This document shows positions 56,148 through 63,877 of a stretch of DNA of 64,000 bases, one piece after another; positions within the stretch are counted from its first letter, which is position 1; the number at the start of each line of letters is the position of its first letter. Origin of the DNA: a virus; the IMG/VR virus record IMGVR_UViG_3300008116_000055, positions 99,542-163,541 of that record. The stretch is one strand, 5' to 3'. The position numbers and the translations under genes are program-made. The notes under the pieces were generated by a model. It did no database searches, was not told the origin of the DNA, and saw only the letters and a list, made by a program, of their open reading frames with translations.

Positions 56148-56966
56148 TCATACACGTCTCGTGTCGTCAATAAAAATTCTTACGTTGTGTTTCTCCCTGA
56201 ACTTTTTTTCTAACTTATCAATAATATTATCTTGTAAGTTATAGGGGAAATCGGGACTACCTTTTTCGATACCATCTATGGTTTTAAATTTTGAATCAAT
56301 GAACGGAATTAAATCTTTTTCATTTTTTATATCTTTTTTCCCGCGTACCACAACTCTAATAACTGGGTTGTCTACGAGTTCATACTCATGGTCATCTATC
56401 TTTCCTTTTTTATATACGGTGTAATACACCGTCGCTCTCTTTATTAAAATTTTTATCCACTCATCCATTTGGTCAAAAAACTTAGGTAATACATCTTGAG
56501 GTAATACAAGGGAATATTGGCCAGACAAAATGTACTGTATTGTTGGATTATCATACCTGAGGTGATTGGTATAATTTCTGTCAAACGATTCTTCTAATAA
56601 ATCAATAATTAAAGGTCCGTTAATAAGGTGAAGTGACCTTATACTTAACTTGAACGGAAATTCACCGAACCCAATCTCTTGAATTTTTCTGCCAACCAAA
56701 ATGTAGATGTCATTAATCATCTCAGGATAAACCCTGTTAACATCAACAAATAGTTTCAATAGACATTCACTTATAAAAGGGACACCATCTATTGTTCCTT
56801 GGGTTGGGTCTTCAGCTACAACATATTTTATTGTAATGGTCCCATCGGTCAGTCCTTTAAGTGAGTCACCTATTTGTGGTAAAGCGTCGTGAAACTTTTG
56901 GACATCATCACCTTCTAAAGTTTCTGTTAGTTTAATCATCTCATTTACTTTACATATAAATACCAT
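56148..56966 (-). CDS. hypothetical protein
   Basis: 272 aa ORF. ATTTAGTTTGGC motif ends 8 nt upstream of its ATG. Confidence 0.5.
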   Translation of the reverse strand: MVFICKVNEMIKLTETLEGDDVQKFHDALPQIGDSLKGLTDGTITIKYVVAEDPTQGTIDGVPFISECLLKLFVDVNRVYPEMINDIYILVGRKIQEIGFGEFPFKLSIRSLHLINGPLIIDLLEESFDRNYTNHLRYDNPTIQYILSGQYSLVLPQDVLPKFFDQMDEWIKILIKRATVYYTVYKKGKIDDHEYELVDNPVIRVVVRGKKDIKNEKDLIPFIDSKFKTIDGIEKGSPDFPYNLQDNIIDKLEKKFREKHNVRIFIDDTRRV

Positions 56967-56972
56967 TCCCCC

Positions 56973-56984
56973 GCCAAACTAAAT
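56973..56984 (-). promoter_or_regulatory. ATTTAGTTTGGC motif copy (extended about 30-bp repeat GGGACCTGAGGAGGTCGATTTAGTTTGGCGG)
   Basis: Plus strand GCCAAACTAAAT read directly. Confidence 0.4.
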
Positions 56985-57075
56985 CGACCTCCTCAGGTCC
57001 CTGAACTAACAAGTGTTAGTTAGTTTGTGCCAAACAAAATCGGTACCGTCGGACGATTCTGAGGATTCTGATTCC

Positions 57076-57087
57076 GCCAAACTAAAT
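57076..57087 (-). promoter_or_regulatory. ATTTAGTTTGGC motif copy
   Basis: Plus strand GCCAAACTAAAT, within the ORF-free 56967-57237 region. Confidence 0.4.
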
Positions 57088-57132
57088 CGGTGGATTTATT
57101 GTTACAACATCAATTGTCTAAACAACCTTTCC

Positions 57133-57144
57133 GCCAAACTAAAT
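57133..57144 (-). promoter_or_regulatory. ATTTAGTTTGGC motif copy (extended repeat GGGACCTGAGATGGTCAATTTAGTTTGGCGG)
   Basis: Plus strand GCCAAACTAAAT. Shares about 30 bp with the 56973 copy. Confidence 0.4.
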
Positions 57145-57178
57145 TGACCATCTCAGGTCCCGTCGTCAGGATTCTCAT

Positions 57179-57214
57179 TAAAAAAAAAATCCCGTGACGT
57201 TAATCACAGGATTT
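57179..57214 (-). terminator. intrinsic terminator (minus strand)
   Basis: Minus-sense AAATCCTGTGA-TTAACG-TCACGGGATTT followed by TTTTTTTTTT, just downstream of the stop of 57238..57507. Confidence 0.7.
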
Positions 57215-57237
57215 GGTTAAGAGACTTGAGTCGTCTA

Positions 57238-57507
57238 TTACATATTACTCAAGATACTCTTACGGAACTCGAAAGCTTTCTTCTTGGAGGAGAAGTTCTG
57301 AGAGTAACGGGTTCCGTTAACGCTAGCACGTACACGGTAAGAGAAACCATCATAGTAGATGTGGTGTGAAACAGGTACGTAAGTACTTACGGTTGTTTTC
57401 ATAGCCGGAGCTGCTACTGCTTTCTTCCCACCCTTTTTGGGGGCTGGAGCTGGTTTCGCCGCTGGTTTGCTGGCGGGTTTTTTAGTTGTGGACTTCTTTG
57501 TTGCCAT
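57238..57507 (-). CDS. small basic DNA-binding-like protein (Lys/Ala/Pro-rich N-terminus)
   Basis: 89 aa. MATKKSTTKKPASKPAAKPAPAPKKGGKKAVAAPA histone-H1-like tail, then Y-x-G...Y-x-A...G-x-R-Y segment reminiscent of AP2/integrase-type DNA-binding domains. Confidence 0.45.
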   Translation of the reverse strand: MATKKSTTKKPASKPAAKPAPAPKKGGKKAVAAPAMKTTVSTYVPVSHHIYYDGFSYRVRASVNGTRYSQNFSSKKKAFEFRKSILSNM

Positions 57508-57590
57508 AATATATTGATTTTGATATATAAAATATACACAAGAAAATCCTAAAAACCAAATCCTATAAAAAAATCTTTCAAAGAACTAAT

Positions 57591-57602
57591 GCCAAACTAA
57601 AT
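57591..57602 (-). promoter_or_regulatory. ATTTAGTTTGGC motif copy containing the TAG stop of 57597..57917
   Basis: Plus strand GCCAAACTAAAT. CTA at 57597-57599 is the stop codon of the upstream gene. Confidence 0.45.
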
Positions 57603-57917
57603 CCACAGTATGATTCCCTCCTCAGGGTTATCAGGGTACCGTGACTCTTCTAAACATACACCACATGTGGATGGTAATAATTGCTGCTTACCTTTTATTC
57701 CATCTACCTGAAATTGCGATAGAGGTGCTGGTATACTGAATCCACATATGTGACACTCTAACCTATATACGTTTAACTCACCCTTCCAATATAAATCAGT
57801 CAAGTTGAATTTCTTTCCCATCACTACGTTGTCATTAACGTCGGTAATGGTGTCTTCTATTATTTCACCTGTGGTAGGGTCCGTGAAGTATACCTTGTCC
57901 CTGATGAAGAGTTTCAT
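57597..57917 (-). CDS. small Cys4 zinc-binding protein
   Basis: 106 aa. CHICG...CGVC. Confidence 0.45.
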   Translation of the reverse strand: MKLFIRDKVYFTDPTTGEIIEDTITDVNDNVVMGKKFNLTDLYWKGELNVYRLECHICGFSIPAPLSQFQVDGIKGKQQLLPSTCGVCLEESRYPDNPEEGIILWI

Positions 57918-58086
57918 TTACTCTTCCCCCTTTCTTCCAAACGTTGCAAATATTGTGAAAACATCTTGGCCGCCATTGCTAACCTTTGAGGTTTAAAACA
58001 ATATTTCTTATTAAGTCTAGCCATTGCTATCCTCATGAACTGTTCCTGAATCCGTGGTTCTACTACTATCATGACTTTAAATATTG

Positions 58087-58548
58087 CTACAGGTGAGTAT
58101 TGAATACATCAAAATCCCTAATTCCCATATTTTGTCTCTCCACTCTTGCGTTGTGCTGTAAAAACGCTTGAATACCTTCACCGTGTGGTACGGCTTGAAA
58201 TATTAGTTGCTGTTTAAATTGCTCTGAAGTAATAACTCGAACAACAGACAGTCCAAGTAATCTCATCCAAAATGGTTCGTCGACCATTACAGATTTAATC
58301 CTGAAATAGTTCACAGATTCTCGAGTCACACTGAAGACCCCTTTTCGTTCAATTACACAGTCATCATAGAATTCATACCTCCAACAATCTACTTCGAAAT
58401 ATTTGTAGATATAGATGACTACCGCCAATGCACATGCATATGGGTGTACGAAGTAAGTTGCTGGTACCATGGCCAGCCAACCAATATTCAACCACTGAGA
58501 TGGGGTGAATATGTGAATCGGTTCTTGAGGTTTCTGTGTATTGAACAT
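58087..58548 (-). CDS. membrane protein with bacterial PH (bPH_2/YdbS-like) domain
   Basis: 153 aa. N-terminal TM pair, then YEFYDDCVIERKGVFSVTRESVNYFRIKSVMVDEPFWMRLLGLSVVRV, fitting the bPH_2 pattern. Confidence 0.5.
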   Translation of the reverse strand: MFNTQKPQEPIHIFTPSQWLNIGWLAMVPATYFVHPYACALAVVIYIYKYFEVDCWRYEFYDDCVIERKGVFSVTRESVNYFRIKSVMVDEPFWMRLLGLSVVRVITSEQFKQQLIFQAVPHGEGIQAFLQHNARVERQNMGIRDFDVFNTHL

Positions 58549-58552
58549 AATA

Positions 58553-58843
58553 CTAAGTTTTTGTTACAGTTTTATTTGCGGTTGTTCCTGCTGGTGAACA
58601 TCCACATGGTGATGCTTTTCTACACATATTCATAAATGTCAGTGTATCCACTAAGTATACCTTCATGGTATCACCATATGAACCTTTATCCCATTGGGGT
58701 TTAATTACTTCTCGGGTTATGTTGCAATCGATAAAGTAAACTTTGTGTCCACTTACTAATGCCTTGTCCCCGTGTTGGATATATGTTCGATTGGTTCCAC
58801 AACCAACTAATCCAAGTGCTGATATAAATAATATTTTTTTCAT
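58553..58843 (-). CDS. small lipoprotein
   Basis: 96 aa. MKKILFISALGLVGC lipobox. Confidence 0.45.
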   Translation of the reverse strand: MKKILFISALGLVGCGTNRTYIQHGDKALVSGHKVYFIDCNITREVIKPQWDKGSYGDTMKVYLVDTLTFMNMCRKASPCGCSPAGTTANKTVTKT

Positions 58844-58867
58844 AACTCCAAATCTAAATAAAATTTA

Positions 58868-59530
58868 TTACTTCTCAATATGGATATCACGAAAAAATTC
58901 AAAATCAATTACTTCGTCTTCCTCCACCGCGAAGTCAACACACATTGCAATAATCTTTCCTCTTTTCTTTGCAACATATAATGTGTAAGAACCATCACCA
59001 AAACCAGATGAAGAAACTACTCCCTCGTCATACACACCGTATCGACTATCACCCAAGGTACGAGAACACATACTGATGTACCATTTTTCACCTTGTTCTT
59101 CCTCACGGGCCTCGGTCATTTCTTTCCAAGGTGTTACACCAAAGAATGAAATGTCACCATCTCCCAAACCGATTCGTTCTGTAATAGAGTCGTCACGGTA
59201 AGATTCTTTGGAGAAGATTCCACACTGACCTGAGTCGACACCGATGGTTGCAGGATAATCTTTCCAAACCAGTTTGTCGTCTTTATGGTCCTCGTGTATG
59301 ACAAGTATCATTGAACTTCGGATACCCCAATCACCACAGTCGTGACGCTTAACATAGGTGTCATACATACCGGGTTTAACACCACTAACAATTCCCTGAC
59401 ACCAGGTTGGGATTGTGTAACAAGGGTCGGATACTACGACCTCAGTTCCTAATTTGATTTTGTTTGTCATACACCTATTGATTTTTAATGTTCTATATTC
59501 AAAATTAATACATTTACTAGAATATTCCAA
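58868..59530 (-). CDS. hypothetical protein
   Basis: 220 aa. Likely start at the internal Met (MTNKIKLGTEVVVSDPCY...). Confidence 0.45.
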   Translation of the reverse strand: MEYSSKCINFEYRTLKINRCMTNKIKLGTEVVVSDPCYTIPTWCQGIVSGVKPGMYDTYVKRHDCGDWGIRSSMILVIHEDHKDDKLVWKDYPATIGVDSGQCGIFSKESYRDDSITERIGLGDGDISFFGVTPWKEMTEAREEEQGEKWYISMCSRTLGDSRYGVYDEGVVSSSGFGDGSYTLYVAKKRGKIIAMCVDFAVEEDEVIDFEFFRDIHIEK

Positions 59531-59561
59531 ATTTTTCTAGAATATTTTTGCCAATCTAAAT

Positions 59562-59909
59562 TCAGTACATCTCCTCCTTCAGTTGCTTTGCTTTCTCAAA
59601 GTGTTTCTTGATTTGGTTTGCAAAACTCACCAAACGAGCTTTGGTCTTTGCGTATGCGTAGAACTGACAATACTCACTGTCAAAATCGATTCCACTACAA
59701 TTGATGTTTCTCTTGACACAGTCCTCGAAGTCATAGGCAGAGTCGTAGTCGTGACCAATTGCTTCTTTTTTAGGGAAACCAGTAAGTGTCCACTGTGCTC
59801 CATCCCAATCACCTTTGTAAATTGAGAGTCCAATACCTGTTGAAATTGTTTCTGTTTTCATACCTCTACTTTTTAAATGTTGATTTGAATACTCGGATGT
59901 TTTCCTCAA
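59562..59909 (-). CDS. hypothetical protein
   Basis: 115 aa. Overlaps the next ORF by 44 nt, so the start may be internal. Confidence 0.35.
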   Translation of the reverse strand: MRKTSEYSNQHLKSRGMKTETISTGIGLSIYKGDWDGAQWTLTGFPKKEAIGHDYDSAYDFEDCVKRNINCSGIDFDSEYCQFYAYAKTKARLVSFANQIKKHFEKAKQLKEEMY

Positions 59910-60345
59910 TCTCGAGGTCCATAGCCTGAGCTAACTTCATCTTGGCTTTGGTCATGAACTCCTTGTCGCCAGACAAAATCTCCAAATCCTCCTCAGGGTG
60001 AAACTCAATCTTGTCGACAATAACACGGACATCTTTTGACTTCTTATCCTTACGGTAGAAAGGAGTCCTTGCGTAGATGTACTCACGAACTTGAGTCAAC
60101 TTGATATCACTGAGGTCCTCACGAATTCTCATTTGGATTATAATCTCCTCGAGTGATGCTAGTTTTTCGAATGTTAATTTACTCTCAGTGATTAAGTTCT
60201 TATATAAACCAGTGAGCTCTTTAAGCTCCTTAGAATATTTCTTACCATCACCGTGGTTGATGAATTGGTCATATGAACTCAGTTCACTCTTTGACCCTAC
60301 GATGTCAATGAAGACACCCTCGATTGTTTTATTTACTCGTCCCAT
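59866..60345 (-). CDS. hypothetical protein
   Basis: 159 aa. Confidence 0.45.
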   Translation of the reverse strand: MGRVNKTIEGVFIDIVGSKSELSSYDQFINHGDGKKYSKELKELTGLYKNLITESKLTFEKLASLEEIIIQMRIREDLSDIKLTQVREYIYARTPFYRKDKKSKDVRVIVDKIEFHPEEDLEILSGDKEFMTKAKMKLAQAMDLEIEENIRVFKSTFKK

Positions 60346-60350
60346 AATCT

Positions 60351-60611
60351 TTAAAAGAAGTTTAATACAGATTTTAACATGCCAAACAAAATTCGGGGTT
60401 CGGCTGTCCCGTCGGAAAATTTTACTTCAGAGTTTTCCATTTCTCTTTTCATTTGAATTGCTTCATCAACTTTAATCCGTTGCTCGATGGTTCTTGCGTG
60501 GTATTTGGATGAAACAATGACATTCTCTTGAGTTCTCAATGCGTCTACCCATTCTTGGTAGGTTAATTCTTCTTGAGGTTCTGCTGTCGATAATATTTTC
60601 AAATCTTCCAT
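60351..60611 (-). CDS. hypothetical protein
   Basis: 86 aa. Confidence 0.4.
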   Translation of the reverse strand: MEDLKILSTAEPQEELTYQEWVDALRTQENVIVSSKYHARTIEQRIKVDEAIQMKREMENSEVKFSDGTAEPRILFGMLKSVLNFF

Positions 60612-60617
60612 ATGAAT

Positions 60618-61232
60618 TTATTTTACTTTTTCCTTTAGTTCTTCTTCGTATATTCTACGGATTTCTTTTGCGTCTTCCGTATCCACATAAGGGAATTGTG
60701 CAACGAAGTCATCAACACTAGTTTCGTTATCGATTGCATATTCCATCTCATTTTGGAAAAGGGATTCCCAAAAGTATTCTTCGTCAAAACGATAGTTACC
60801 TTCGAGATAACCATAATCATCCTCAACCACTCCGTTTTGATTAATGGTTGTTTTGCCACAGAAATCACTTCCACCCTCCGAGTAGAACAACTCCACATCC
60901 ACACCATACATCTTGTGTAATACAACACCAAAGTTTATTGGTGGTGACCACGCCGTATCAGGTGACATATAGATAACATCCTTCTCAAAAGTGAAGTTGC
61001 AGTCGGCGTATGACACATCCCATTTGGTACCATACCAACTGGTGTTTGCATTATACCATCCACCTTGTTCGTATTCTTCTTTACTAATTTCAGGTTCACG
61101 ACCGATTAAGGACTCAAACACGATACACTTTTCAGGTTCGGACTTTGGAACATCATTAAGGATACGAGTGAGCAAACCAATCTGCTCTTCAGTACCTGTT
61201 ATTGTTATTGAGTTTTGACACCAGTTCGGCAT
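60618..61232 (-). CDS. hypothetical protein (MPNWCQN... family)
   Basis: 204 aa, acidic C-terminus. Confidence 0.45.
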   Translation of the reverse strand: MPNWCQNSITITGTEEQIGLLTRILNDVPKSEPEKCIVFESLIGREPEISKEEYEQGGWYNANTSWYGTKWDVSYADCNFTFEKDVIYMSPDTAWSPPINFGVVLHKMYGVDVELFYSEGGSDFCGKTTINQNGVVEDDYGYLEGNYRFDEEYFWESLFQNEMEYAIDNETSVDDFVAQFPYVDTEDAKEIRRIYEEELKEKVK

Positions 61233-61315
61233 AATCTATCTATTTTAAGCTGTTCATTAATACAAAGGTATAAAGAGGATACCATTTTACCAAACGATAT
61301 CCTCTTTTTATTTTT

Positions 61316-61861
61316 TTACCAGGATGATTGGTAGTAGAAATCTCCTTCCTTTTCCTCTAATAAGGGAGTGATTTGTTTGATGGTATCTTCTAAACCTTTT
61401 AGATACCACTCATCATATTCAGTTCCCCCGAAAAAGAAACCTGCTTGGGTTGGTAGTAGTTCTTCCGCAAGTTCGGTGTCGGTGTAGACATCGATGTCCT
61501 CATACAATTCCTTACCACCTTGCCAACCAACTTTCACCTGAACCTTCTTCGTCGGAGAATTTTTCAGGGTTGCTCTAACTTTCCCACAGGTATCCACCAA
61601 CTCTTTGAGTTTTTCGCGGTCTACATAATACTCACCACAATCGTCCTCACCGTCCTGTACATTGTTTACAAACCATGCGTGGATGTGGTTGTCCTTTCTC
61701 CAATACGCCACCTGTTCCTCGATGGATGAAATTCTGTCGGGTTGAATTTCCTTAACTACTTTCCCACCCTTCTTAACTGTCACCTTGTGAAGTTGTTCGG
61801 GTTCCATATGTGACCAATTTTTCACATAGGTTTTCTTCTTGAGATACATGTCTAATCCCAT
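61316..61861 (-). CDS. hypothetical protein
   Basis: 181 aa. Confidence 0.45.
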   Translation of the reverse strand: MGLDMYLKKKTYVKNWSHMEPEQLHKVTVKKGGKVVKEIQPDRISSIEEQVAYWRKDNHIHAWFVNNVQDGEDDCGEYYVDREKLKELVDTCGKVRATLKNSPTKKVQVKVGWQGGKELYEDIDVYTDTELAEELLPTQAGFFFGGTEYDEWYLKGLEDTIKQITPLLEEKEGDFYYQSSW

Positions 61862-61865
61862 TGTA

Positions 61866-62168
61866 TTATTGATTTAAGATGTTAAACAATTTTGTACCAA
61901 GACCAAATAACTTTTCGGCCTTATCTTCTCTTTTTCCTTCACTACACACGTAGATTGACTTATCAGGTAGAACACCCAAATCCAACATTCCAAATGTGTG
62001 TTCCCATTTACCATTGATGAATTGTTCACCTGTAAACCTTTCTTGTGCGTTGTACGCTTCGTAGGTCATTTTCAATTTGACATTATTCTCATTTTGAATA
62101 ATTCTCATCTCATATGACTTATCTCTCAAGTGAGATGATACCGAGTGGATTACTTTTTCTTTTTTCAT
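61866..62168 (-). CDS. hypothetical protein
   Basis: Track 61866..62186 from TTG. The first ATG (62168) sits exactly at the end of the 65-bp promoter repeat (MKKEKVIHSVSS...). Confidence 0.45.
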   Translation of the reverse strand: MKKEKVIHSVSSHLRDKSYEMRIIQNENNVKLKMTYEAYNAQERFTGEQFINGKWEHTFGMLDLGVLPDKSIYVCSEGKREDKAEKLFGLGTKLFNILNQ

Positions 62169-62170
62169 AA

Positions 62171-62234
62171 TACAAAGATATAACAATTTTTCTTTTATAC
62201 CAAATTTATTTTCAACTTTGTTGCCAAACTAAAT
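62171..62234 (-). repeat. 65-bp conserved promoter cassette, copy 1 (ATTTAGTTTGGCAACAAAGTTGAAAATAAATTTGGTATAAAAGAAAAATTGTTATATCTTTGTA in minus sense)
   Basis: Near-identical to 62559-62622 and 63315-63379. Contains TTTG-N20-TATCTTTG. The motif TAG is the stop codon of 62229..62540. Confidence 0.7.
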
Positions 62235-62540
62235 GTCCTCGACGGTAAAGTCATCCGACTCAAGGATGTCTATGATGTGTGCGAGTTCATATATGTCCAA
62301 TTCAACTAACGAGAGTTCTATACTATCACCAAAACTTTCCGACATCACAGTACCATCAGGTAATATTCCATACGCCGCGTATTGAACTCTACCATCATCT
62401 TCGTACATACCTTCGGTAACCCAAACTCCAAACACATTTCTAAATGTGATTTGTTGGTTCTCACCAATAATGGTCGAACATTTGTTTTTAATTTTTTTGA
62501 TTATTTCCTCTTGTAGGTCTTGAATTTTTTTCTTGTACAT
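62229..62540 (-). CDS. hypothetical protein
   Basis: 103 aa. Confidence 0.45.
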   Translation of the reverse strand: MYKKKIQDLQEEIIKKIKNKCSTIIGENQQITFRNVFGVWVTEGMYEDDGRVQYAAYGILPDGTVMSESFGDSIELSLVELDIYELAHIIDILESDDFTVEDI

Positions 62541-62558
62541 AATAAAATGTTTTAGTAA

Positions 62559-62622
62559 TACAAAGATATAACAATTTTTCTTTTATACCAAATTTATTTT
62601 CAACTTTGTTGCCAACCTAAAT
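62559..62622 (-). repeat. 65-bp conserved promoter cassette, copy 2 (motif variant GGTTGGC)
   Basis: Read directly. One substitution in the 12-nt motif (plus GCCAACCTAAAT). Confidence 0.7.
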
Positions 62623-62661
62623 CAATGTCCATCCCATAATATATGTGTACGAGGTTTTTAA

Positions 62662-62688
62662 TAAAAAACCCCACATTTCTGTGGGGTT
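62662..62688 (-). terminator. intrinsic terminator (minus strand)
   Basis: Minus-sense AACCCCAC-AGAAAT-GTGGGGTTTTTT, downstream of the stop of 62704..63294. Confidence 0.7.
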
Positions 62689-62703
62689 CTCTCCTTAAAC
62701 CAA

Positions 62704-63294
62704 TCAATCATAAGTAATCCTCGCGTATTTTACTGTGACCCAGTTGTCCTTTACAACAATCTTACCCATGTCCTCACCATCCTCGCCTTTCCAATAAACC
62801 TCACCATTTAATTTCACACCCCACTTCTCAAAGAAATGATTGATGATATATTTCAACCACTCAACGTAGTTGTAAAACTTCTCACCACCATCCCATATTA
62901 GATGAGTTCCATTTTCATCCGTAGTCCACTGACACCATAAACCAGGTTGACATTTACCCTCTCGTGTTCTCAAATCATTTTGTGTCCACCTTTCGTTGTA
63001 GTTAGTTGTTAGAAAATCTAGTTGACCTGGAGGTGTATTGTAATCGACAATACTATCATCCTTGTCTTGACCTGCGAACCCATTACCACCAACAAAGTAT
63101 TCACCATCGTTTCCGTAGGTTTCTTCTTTTGGTAGAAAAGGGTTTCCGTGTTCACCCTTAAATAACTCATAGAGTTTCTCAACATTTCGTTTCATTCTAC
63201 GAGTGTTGTTGAACTTGGTGATGTAATTCTTTTCATCACTAGTAAGTGGACGACTGAATTCAAATCCACCTTCGAAATCGGTTGTGTATCCCAT
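62704..63294 (-). CDS. hypothetical protein
   Basis: 196 aa (MGYTTDFEGGFEF...). Confidence 0.45.
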   Translation of the reverse strand: MGYTTDFEGGFEFSRPLTSDEKNYITKFNNTRRMKRNVEKLYELFKGEHGNPFLPKEETYGNDGEYFVGGNGFAGQDKDDSIVDYNTPPGQLDFLTTNYNERWTQNDLRTREGKCQPGLWCQWTTDENGTHLIWDGGEKFYNYVEWLKYIINHFFEKWGVKLNGEVYWKGEDGEDMGKIVVKDNWVTVKYARITYD

Positions 63295-63314
63295 ACTTTT
63301 TTAATTTAATTGTA

Positions 63315-63379
63315 TTACAAAGATATAACAATTTTTCTTTTATACCAAATTTTTTTTCAACTTTGTCGCCAAACTAAAT
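63315..63379 (-). repeat. 65-bp conserved promoter cassette, copy 3
   Basis: Read directly. The motif TAG (63374-63376) is the stop codon of 63374..63850. Confidence 0.7.
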
Positions 63380-63850
63380 CCCCCCTGTGAATATGGGGTT
63401 TGGTCTGAACTCCAATTTGTACTTTGGGTTGTAACTACCACCCGAACAATTGCTACATGAATAAGACCTACTTCTTAAACGATGGGCTTTGGATACCTTA
63501 CCACAACCAACACATGTTGCAATATATTTTGCTTCGGGTGTTTCAACTACTTTACTACTATAACAACGATGTCCATCACAACCTATTTCAATCGCTTTCG
63601 ACCTCCATACATGGTTATGTTTTTGACCAGGACAAAGTGCGTGTGCAATCTCATGTAGAATAGTATTCTTTACATGACTTTCATCATTAAGTAATGTCAA
63701 TACTTTGGATAGTGTAATTTGTTTAGGTCTGTATTTACAACACCCAAACCTACTTTTTGCATTGTCATACGCAAATGTCCACCCCTTAACATCTAACTTG
63801 TGTTTGTGAATTAACTTCTCTGCTAACCGTTGTGCTTTAATTAAGTCCAT
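63374..63850 (-). CDS. SprT-like zinc metalloprotease domain protein
   Basis: 158 aa. ILHEIAHAL (HExxH) then GQKHNHVWRSKA (H-x-W), plus C-terminal CxxC...CxxC zinc ribbon. Confidence 0.6.
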   Translation of the reverse strand: MDLIKAQRLAEKLIHKHKLDVKGWTFAYDNAKSRFGCCKYRPKQITLSKVLTLLNDESHVKNTILHEIAHALCPGQKHNHVWRSKAIEIGCDGHRCYSSKVVETPEAKYIATCVGCGKVSKAHRLRSRSYSCSNCSGGSYNPKYKLEFRPNPIFTGGI

Positions 63851-63865
63851 GTTGTTTTATTTTAG

Positions 63866-63877
63866 GCCAAACTAAAT
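63866..63877 (-). promoter_or_regulatory. ATTTAGTTTGGC motif copy containing the TAG stop of the partial gene at the window end
   Basis: Plus strand GCCAAACTAAAT, 14 nt upstream of the ATG of 63374..63850. Confidence 0.45.

Noticed and set aside
62617-62640. Six-codon ORF ATGGGATGGACATTGATTTAG ending in the motif TAG at 62617
   Set aside because: Too short to support as a gene. It is noted only because it repeats the stop-in-motif arrangement.
55076-63663. Antisense/embedded ORFs in the last block (55076..55273, 55600..55800, 57805..57996, 58444..58635, 58743..58988, 59583..59825, 59627..59833, 60101..60475, 60539..60721, 60635..60931, 60696..60920, 60991..61218, 61520..61729, 63424..63663)
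   Set aside because: Opposite strand or alternative frame of longer minus-strand genes that are bounded by the conserved motif, promoter and terminator system.
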